Positions 13,601 through 23,479 of a DNA stretch of 64,000 bases are shown in pieces. Both the position numbers and the translations under genes were made by a program. The first letter of the stretch is position 1. Each line of letters opens with the position of its first letter. The notes beneath the pieces are model-generated. The model was not told the DNA's origin. It worked only from the letters and a program-made list of their open reading frames with translations, and searched no databases. The DNA comes from Schmidtea polychroa (Eukaryota), in contig CM097885.1 in the NCBI GenBank assembly GCA_044892525.1, positions 48,982,001 through 49,046,000 on the forward strand. The letters are read 5' to 3'.

Positions 13601-16089
13601 AACTAATTTGCTGTTATACGTGATATTTGATTGGCCATAATTGTGTTCTAATTGATCATTATTCGTTAATGATCGCCCATTTAGGCTACCTTCCGTTTTT
13701 GCATATAATATTTATATAGATTTTATTAAGGCCGTGTAACGGCTCACTACACAAATGATTCATAAACTTGTACCATTTGAAGTCAAACGTTAAAATGCGT
13801 TAGAGGATAGTATAGAGGAAGTGGAACTCTAATTTCCGTTTGAGTAAACTCCCACAGTAAAAAACGTCTAATGCAGTGACGTATTGGAATTTGAGGTTGT
13901 CTGATAAAAACGTCATACTTAAAGAAACATAATATTCTCGAATAGAATGAAAAATCAATTGCGGCATTTGAGAACTTAAAATGTTACTTTATATCATCTT
14001 CACTGTTCACGATTCCAAATAAAAATGATTCATTTATTCTAGATATACAGTATTTTTGCGCATAAAATGGACAGGTGGGTATAACCAATACTTTCATAGA
14101 TACAGCAAATTTTACTGTTGATATAAGGTAAGTAGAAAAATTAGAAATATATATAGCCCGCGCGTTTTATGCGTAAAAATACGGTAGATACCTCCTTTGG
14201 ACCTATGGGAATTGTATTATATCAAATTCAGAATGGCCATGAAAAGTAATTGCGTATGGATCAAAGATATTGAGTAAATTCCAACGCAGAAACTGTATAA
14301 CTAAGGAACTGTTATCTATTTATCTCTCTTTAAAGAAATTTAAATATTAGATTCGGATGACACATTATTATATATGGATATATTTTTTGAAAATTGACTA
14401 TTTTTCAAAATGCATCGTTCATTTCAATACAATCAGTAATTGCAAATAAAATTGCGAGTGACCTGTAAGAAACTTGGATTAGTTGATTTGGAGTACCAGG
14501 AAGAATTCATTTCGATAACGAAACAAATTTCAAATCAGAATTATTTAAAGAACTGAGCAAGATTATAAAATTTATAAACAGAATCGTCCTCTTACTATCT
14601 TCATTCAAACGAATTAATCAAAAAGTAGTAGGATTGGAGCTCCCCAGACCAGGAGCTCCCCGCGCCACATATACCCCCTCCCCCCCCCCGGGAAAAAAAT
14701 TTTTTTTTTTAATTTTTTGTTTTAATTAATTGGCCTGGCGGGCTCACACTTTTTTTCATCCCAAAAATTAATGTTCCCACCAACGGATTTTATTGAATGA
14801 TACCTCATCTTAAAGCCCAGTCCAAGACCTTTCGAATGAGCTATAGGTATCATATATATCTTTAATAGTTTTAATGTTATTAACAATTGATGACCACCAT
14901 CTTTTCAACGTTAAATTATTATTATTTTCCAAAATATTATTAATTGGCCTGGCGGGCTCACACTTTTTTTCATCCCAAAAATTAATGTTCCCACCAACAG
15001 ATTTTATTGACCGATACCTCATCTTAAAGCCCAGTCCAAGACCTTTCGAATGAGCTATAGGTATCATATATATCTTTAATAGTTTTAATGTTATTAACAT
15101 TTGATGACCACCATCTTTTCAACGTTAAATTATTATTATTATTCAAAATATTATTAATTGGCCGGGCGGGGACATACTTTTTCTCATCCCAAAAATTAAT
15201 GTTGCCATTATCCGAATTTATTAATCGATAGCTTATTTTGAAGCGTAGTCTAAGACCTTTCAATTGAGCCATAGAAGGTATCATCATCATTAACATCGGC
15301 AAAGTTATTAAAGTTTTACCGAGACCATTTTTCAAGGTCATTTATTTTTCAAAATATTATTTTCAAGGTCAAGGTCAAGGTCATTTATTTTTTCAAGGTC
15401 ATTTATTTTTTCAAGGTCATTTATTTTTTCAAGGTCATTTATTTTTTCAAGGTCATATTTTAAAATTTAAATGTACAGAGTTCCCGACAACGATAATTAT
15501 TCAACGATAGCTCATTTTAAAGCCCAATGCAAGACCTTTCGATTGATTCATAGAAGGTATCATCATCATTATTATTGACAAAGTTATTAACAATTGATGA
15601 CCACCATCTTTTCAACGTTAAATTATTATTATTTTCCAAAATATTATTAATTGGCCGGGAGGGCCCCTACTCTTTTTCATCCCAAAAATTAATGTTCCCA
15701 TTATCCGAATTTATTGGACGATACCTCATCTTAAAGCTCAGTCCAAGACCTTTCGAATGAGCCATAGAAGGTATCATCATCATTAATATTAACAAAGAGA
15801 ATGACTCACCCAATGACTCACCCAACGATGTCTAATATTTTTAGAACGATGACTCATCAAGGTCATTCCCAAGGTCATATGACTCATCAAGGTCAAGGTC
15901 ATTTTTTTTTAATTTAATTTTTTGTTTTAATTAAGTAATCTTTTTATTTTCAAGGTCATTTAATTTTCAAGGTCATTTATTATTTTCAAGGTCATTTAAT
16001 TTTCAAGGTCATTTACTTTTCAAGGTCATTTAATTTTTCAAGGTCATTTATTAAAATAATTATTATTTTCTAAGTTTTTAGTTTCTAAG

Positions 16090-16151
<62 letters not shown>

Positions 16152-19100
16152 ATCTATCCGACAAGATATTCTGTCTCCCTATGGGTATTGCTAGCAAGGG
16201 TACTACTCACATTCAACAAGTCACAAGGGTACTGTTCACAAAATTACTGGTAAAAATATTTAAGACAAAACTTTCTAAATTCTAAATATTATTCTTTAAA
16301 TATACACTAAAATTTATTAACACATTCACATTCATCATCTCCACAGTTCATAACATTTTCAACAACATGATCTATACAATCCCTATATACACACGGTTCA
16401 GTATCCGTAAATTCCTCCATAGGTTCATCAATTTCTTGAATGCTTTCCTCATCATCTTGAGTGTTTTCTTCATCTGTTTCATCAAATTCCGAATCTTCAC
16501 TCTCTGCTACCCAGTCTATATTTAATGCGTTTGTAACAGATAATATATCCGCCATTTTCACACCAGATATTTCTGCTAATTTTTCCAATAAAAAGTTTAT
16601 TATAAATTCTAAATATTAAATAATTCGATAATTAACTAATCATATTAACCTTTTTCTGTAGTCATTATTAGTATTTTAAAACTATAGTATATATTTGTTT
16701 ATAGAAAATATAGAATATAAGCGAAAACAAATATGACTAAATACATTTATTAAATACAACATTAAAATAACTGTGAAAGTCTAGCAGACATAATTTTCCA
16801 AATTGGAGAATACACATCATTATTATCAACTTTATATCCTTGGATTGTAATTGTTATATACCAATTTTCGTTTTCTTTGAAACTGATTTCATCAAAGGAA
16901 TCATAAAATTTTGCATATCGGTTGTTGAAAAATGCATTTTGATTGCATGATAGATTTGTATTCAACCTTTTGAAAACATCATCTATGGTTTTAATATCTA
17001 ACATTGAAAGCGTGCCGGTTAAGAATTGAAATTGGGTAGGAATTAGCTTGATCGGTGACACCAATTTCATATTGATTTCTTCTTTTAAAAAATACATTTT
17101 GTAGTTGTGGAACATTTGAACAGGTTGTACAAGTTCTGGAACTACTTTTGGTTTTTCAGTGCTTGAAATTTTCTTGGTCATTGTGAATTATGATTAAAAT
17201 GAAATGGTACAGGGTTTTTATACCTATGACTATTGTTTATCATCCAATCAGATTGCAGTATGTTTTTGTTTTAATTGAATGATAAATAATTAATTAAGTG
17301 ATAATAAAAAATCTAAAAATTCTTTTCCTTCAATTATTGATTTAATTTCAGATATGATATTATCAACTATACTTTTGTAATCAATATTTTTTATTCCAAG
17401 AATTACTATCTTACCGCTAGCGAATATATTTACACACATAGGGTTATATTTTATATATCTCAAAGCTGGAAATAATTCTGGTTCATAAAAGCATGGTATT
17501 AATTTAGCTAATTTATTTAAATTACAAGAAAAACCTATATCGGAAGTTACGGTTATCGATTGTATTTCTAAATCATAAACATTATATTCACTAGCTTTGA
17601 TTATTTCCTTACACCCCATAATTCTACATTTACCAGTTTTGAAATATATTATTGGATATTTATTACTTCTATTGATAAGTTGTTGTGGTTTCCCTATTGG
17701 AAATACCATTTTTGATACATCAGTTTTTGCCCTGTAATTTATATTTGAAAGCATTTTAATGAAATAATTTTAAAAACTTTGATATATATAGGTATTTAAA
17801 AACAGAGTTCATTTAAATTATCAATATAAACAATAATTATATAGTTTAAATTTAAAAAAATGGAATTACGAAATGATGCAGTATACCAAATCGTTGGTCC
17901 AAGTGGTAGCGGGAAAACTTTATTTGTTTGTAAATTACTAAAATCAAATTTGTTTAAAACAAAATTCAACAATATTTATTGGCATAGGGGCGCCGACGAA
18001 GAACACGGATTGACGCAATCAAGTTTCTGTCAGTTGAAAAACATGAAAATAGTAAAGGGCTTTGATAAAAACTGGTCAAGTCGTTTGAAGAAAGATGATG
18101 TCATCATTATCGATGATTTGTATCAAGAAGCCAATAAAGAAAAGGACTTTAATAATTTATTCACAAAAATCAGCAGACATGTTGGTGTAACAGTTATTTT
18201 CATAACACAAAATCTATTTCATCAAGGTGGTGCACATCGAACACGTAATTTAAATGTACAATATTTAGTTATTTTCAAGAATCCTAGAGATGCAACTGTC
18301 ATTGATTTTCTTGGACGACAAGCATACCCTAATAACCGTAATTTTCTTATCAATGCATTTCAAGATGCTACGAAAATACCGCATGGGTATATATTTCTCG
18401 ATTTCACACAACAATGCCCTGATGATATACGGGTAAAAACAGATATTTTCAACCCAAAAGGTGCCATGGTATATAAACAAAGTTCAAAACAAAGTTGAAA
18501 ACATATAAATCATGTTTTCAAAAACAAGGATATCGGGTAAAAAACAACCAAAAGTTCCACCAACAACTAGTTATACTCCATCTAAAGATCTTATTACAGA
18601 AAATTTTCCTGCAATGAATCTTATTTCGAAAAATCCTAAACCTAAAAGTAAAACCACTAAGAAAGTAAAAGTTGTTAAAAATCATCGGAGTTTCCCGTTT
18701 TTCAATACATTGTTAAAGGCACCAAGTATGAAAAGAAACAGTATTTTGCAATCTTTTCCAAATTATGTTGTCGATGATTTACTCGATATTATACTTAAAG
18801 TAGTCAAAGGCAAGATTAAAATCAGTAAATCTAAAAAGCAATTATTGAGTAAACATAGGAAACCTTTGCTATCATTAGTAAATAATAAAAATCGTCAACA
18901 AATGAGAAAAATTATATATAAACAACAAGGGGGATTTATCGGTGCATTGATACCTTTAGCAATATCATTATTAGGTGGAATAATAGGAAGTCGATCATAA
19001 ACAATGGGTGCTAATCCTTCATTACCAGACATTAAATTTAATATTAAATCTTCTTGTTGTAATGGAGAAGATTTGGACGAACCCGGAAGACGAAGCCGGT

Positions 19101-22100
19101 TTTGGTGGAGTGGCAAAATTAAGGAAAAGAGTTCCGAATTCGAAAAAGGAAACTCAGAAGTGGTTATCAGACCAGCTTGCGTACAGTTTGAACAAACCAA
19201 TGCAGAAACGAATCCCAACAAGAGCATATAAAACATATGGAATAAATGATTTATGGCAAATGGATTTGATGGAGATGATACCCTATTCGAAAATTAACAA
19301 TGGGTATAAATATATTTTAACATGTATTGATGTATTCAGTCGGTTTGCCCGAGCAATACCCGTCAAGGCAAAATCTGCAGATGAAATGTCCAAAGCTGTT
19401 AATCATTTATTTAAAGATGGACATCCTAAAAACTTGCAAACTGATTTAGGTATTAATATTATTATTTTTATTATTATTATTATTATTTTAGGTAAAGAAT
19501 TCTACAACAGTAAAGTCAAGCAAATCCTCATTAAATTGAAAATAAACCATTACTCAGTACATTCTCAATACAAAGCTGCTCATGTTGAAAGATTTAACCG
19601 AACTTTGAGAGATAGATTAAAGAAATTATTCGTGCATCAAGGTAATAAAAAATGGGTATTGGTTTTACCAAAAATAATAACCAGTTATAATCACTCATCA
19701 CATCAAGGACTGAATGGATTAAGGCCGATTGATATCACGTCAAAAACAATCTATTCTAAAAAACCTGAAAAAATTACAAAACCGAAATATAAAGTAGGTG
19801 ACCATGTTAGAATTAGTAAAATTAGTGCATCACCATTTATTAAAAATTTCGATACAAATTGGAGTGATGAAGTCTTTGTAATTTCAAAAATAAATACTAA
19901 ACAGAATCCTGTAATGTATGTCATCAGAGATAATGATAACAATATTGTACAAGGAAAATTTTATGAGCAGGAATTACAAGTTATTCCTCCCCCAAAAGTA
20001 TTTAGAATTCAGAAGATTTTGAAAACTAAAAATAAAGGCAAGGATAAACAATACTATGTCAAATGGCATGGTTATCAAAACCCATCATGGATATCAGAAA
20101 AGGATCTAGTAAAGTGAATTTTTATACTATTTTACCAAGCAATAGTTGCCCGCTTATTCATCCAGATAATCAAGCCAGTAAATTCATGGTCAATCTCCAG
20201 AATCCGATTTCTTTAAATGGGGACTGGGAAGTTGCACTGCAAGATTTTACATTCGTGTACAATACATTCCCATTTTATAGTCAATGTAAGATTGATTTCA
20301 AAAGGAATGCTATGAAAACATGTAGTGGTATCTTTATTATCAGTAATTATGATAAAACATATCATATTCCGAATCAAATATTAGATCAGCACTGCTCTAT
20401 GTTTTACAAGGATGGATTAAATATCAGTTGTGATTTTAAACCATTTACAATAACATTCGAATATATTGAAGATGCCAGACGAATGGGTTGCAATAAGTTG
20501 AAAAATGAAGTTATGGAAACAGAATATTTATTACGCTTTGATCTATTTGAAGCAAACAGTGTAATGAGAGAAGAAATCAAAATTTCAGTGTCGTATAATA
20601 ATGAAGTTGAAGAATCATTCACCTTCGCTGACGAATTATATATTGATAAACTTGATGTGTTACTTAAATATTTAAAGTATAATTGTTCACACATATTTAA
20701 AAGTTTGGATATTGTGAAAGATTTGTTATTTACCTTCAGTTTGAATGATGACATTTGCGAAGTTACATTTGATAAAAATTTGACAAATACACTTGGATTA
20801 GAGAAGCAGCAATATCGGGAAAAATCGGCTGGTATACGTAAACCAAGAATACTTGAACATCATCAACAAATGTTCATATATACTAATATTATTGAGCCTA
20901 TAATAGTTGGTGATTCCAGTGTTCCTCTATTGAAATCGGTGTGGATTGGAAAATATGAACATGATGAAGTTGTCAATATAAATATAGATAATCCCATGTA
21001 TTTACCAATTTCAAGCTCATGTATAAACAATATAGAAATAAATATTCGTGACGATAGTGGAAAACTTATAAACTTCCCAAAAGACTCAAAAACTCATTTG
21101 ACACTACATTTTCGTAAAGTAGATGGCTAATTCCGATATTATTAGTATGTATAGTGATAGCCAATCTGGCGGTGAATTACCATATTTTATTGGTAAACAG
21201 TACGGATCAGGTTGGTTAAAAACAATAGGGAGATTTGCACTTCCTATTCTTAAACGTATTGGTAGTTTTGGTATGAAAACTGCAAAAGATGTGATTATGA
21301 ATGAACAGAAAATATTACCATCCCTAAAAACAAATGCTTTAGCTGAATTAGGTAAGGTTCTACCTGGAGTTGCTGGTATGTTTCAAAAAGATACGCCTCC
21401 AGCCCCGGCTCATGCTCCAAAACGTAAAGGGCATGGAATAACACGTATAAACAAACGAATGAAAGGACATGGAACTATATTTGCAAAATGATTTGTGGTA
21501 AATCCGAATTATGTATATTTGATAGACCGTCGCCCCAGGCAGTAATAGAATTTGGTGCCTTTGAGGAAGTTTTTCCTATGAATTCAATTACTGATAGTAG
21601 AAATGATATCGAGTTTTATATTAATGGTTCGCAAACTGAATATTTAGATTTGAACGATACTTTATTGACTGTTCAGATCAAGGTTGTAGATAAAGATAGA
21701 AAGGTTTTGGATGCCAATGCGGATGTATTACCAAACAATTTCATGTTTCATACTCTGTTTAAAGATGCAGTGTTGGGATTTAATAATATCAAGATTGAGG
21801 GTGGAAATAATACATTCATTCACAAGGCTTTGATAGAAACTATTTTAAATTACAATTCAGATACTAAAAATACCTGTCTTACACCTATGGGTTATGCAGC
21901 AGCAGATGATGAAAGAAAAAAGTGGGTTAAAGGCTCAAAAGTATTCACTATGTGCTCATCATTACAACTTGATTTTATGGATCAACCGAAATATTTACTA
22001 CCGGGAGTTAATATACATATTAGACTGAAAAGGTCTGATTCTGCATTGTCTCTTACTAGTGCAACTGGTGCACCAATATGTCAATTAGTTGATGCAAAAT

Positions 22101-23148
22101 TATTGGTGAGAAGAGTTCGAGTAGACCCGTCAGTATTAGCTGGTCATCAATTGGGGCTTAATTCAAAACATGCAATTTATCCTTTAAAAACAAAGGAAAT
22201 TGTACAATTTGCTATTGCTAAAGGTGCTTCATCATTCTATAAAGAACAAATATTTGGTGACAGAAGAATGCCTAATTTTATTCTGGTAACATTTCAAAGT
22301 GAAACGCAATATAATGGATCGTATACTGCTTCCAGCTCAATTTTCAAAAATTTTGGTGTTACTTCATTGACTTTATCGAAAAATACTGATTATAGAGAAA
22401 CATATACTCAAGATTTCGAGAATGATAATTACTGTGCGACATATATGCAGAGTATTGTTAGAAATCTGGGTTATTTAGATAAAAACTTGAATTGTGGAAT
22501 AACTCTTGAAGAATTTAAAAGCAAATACCCATTTTTCACATTTGTTCTAGCTCCCGATTTTGATTTAAATCAGAGTCAATTACCACAAAACGGGAATTTA
22601 CGACTGGATATAAAGTTTGCAAAGGCCATTACTGAACCAGTACATGTTATAATATATGGAGTATTTGAAAATGAAGTTCAAATTACTGCAAATAGAACCG
22701 TGCTAGTATAAATGTATACAGAAACATCAAAAAGTTGTCATGGAGTAAGTTTTTCAATACTGTTTAATTTATTAAAGTAGTTCTGTTCAGGTCAATAGAA
22801 TTGGAAAACAGATATTGGGAAATGAATTTGTAGGAGTTTTTCCTCTCGATAAAATCCCATATTTGAGCAATAATCAAGCCATAATCGTCAATACTCAATC
22901 GTCTCATCTTGGTGGAGAACATTGGATTGCTATATATGTGAAACCTAGTAATATATTCGTGTTCGATCCTATGGGTTTCTATTACCCTGCTTTGTTGGTA
23001 TCAAAACTACAAACAATGGGGAAACCTATTGTATATAATAAAACAATGTTTCAAAATCCCTTGACACAAACATGCGGTCAACATTGTTTAGCTTGGTTGT
23101 TGTATAAAAAATTTGATGATTAATAAATGTATTTTGTATCCTTTGTTG

Positions 23149-23201
<53 letters not shown>

Positions 23202-23219
23202 TTATTATTATTATTATTA

Positions 23220-23259
<40 letters not shown>

Positions 23260-23336
23260 ATTATTATTTTATTATTATTATTATTATTATTATTAATTTA
23301 TTATTATTATTATTATTATTAATATTATTATTATTA

Positions 23337-23371
<35 letters not shown>

Positions 23372-23414
23372 ATTATTATTATTTTTATTATTATTATTAT
23401 TATTATTAATATTA

Positions 23415-23479
<65 letters not shown>

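Noticed and set aside
13349..13720. S/Q/Y-rich antisense open frame (extends upstream of the listed 67-aa ORF)
   Set aside because: Could be a nested exon, but I could not build a consistent gene model or recognise a domain
14810..15760. ORFs of 61-105 aa in the TIRs (also 30091-31036 and 53597-54395)
   Set aside because: They are translations of the 214-bp TIR units; frames and stops vary between units and there is no protein motif
15332..16046. Regularly spaced short repeats resembling a CRISPR array or iterons
   Set aside because: The spacers are short, near-identical AT tracts rather than unique sequences; eukaryotic context with no cas genes
19008..19061. GTG-started N-terminal extension of the integrase in the ORF track
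   Set aside because: Eukaryotic context; the ATG at 19062 matches the usual Maverick integrase start
22712..22790. Alternative protease model: ATG 22712 with a 46-nt intron 22745-22790 (MYTETSKSCHG-VNRIG)
   Set aside because: Also in frame and not excluded, but the ATG-22740 model gives MDSVQV, closer to the usual M(N/D)xxQI start; RNA data needed
23113..23322. Poly-L/I/Y ORF, and the antisense repeat ORF 25394-25675
   Set aside because: Microsatellite translation, and the antisense shadow of the pPolB repeat
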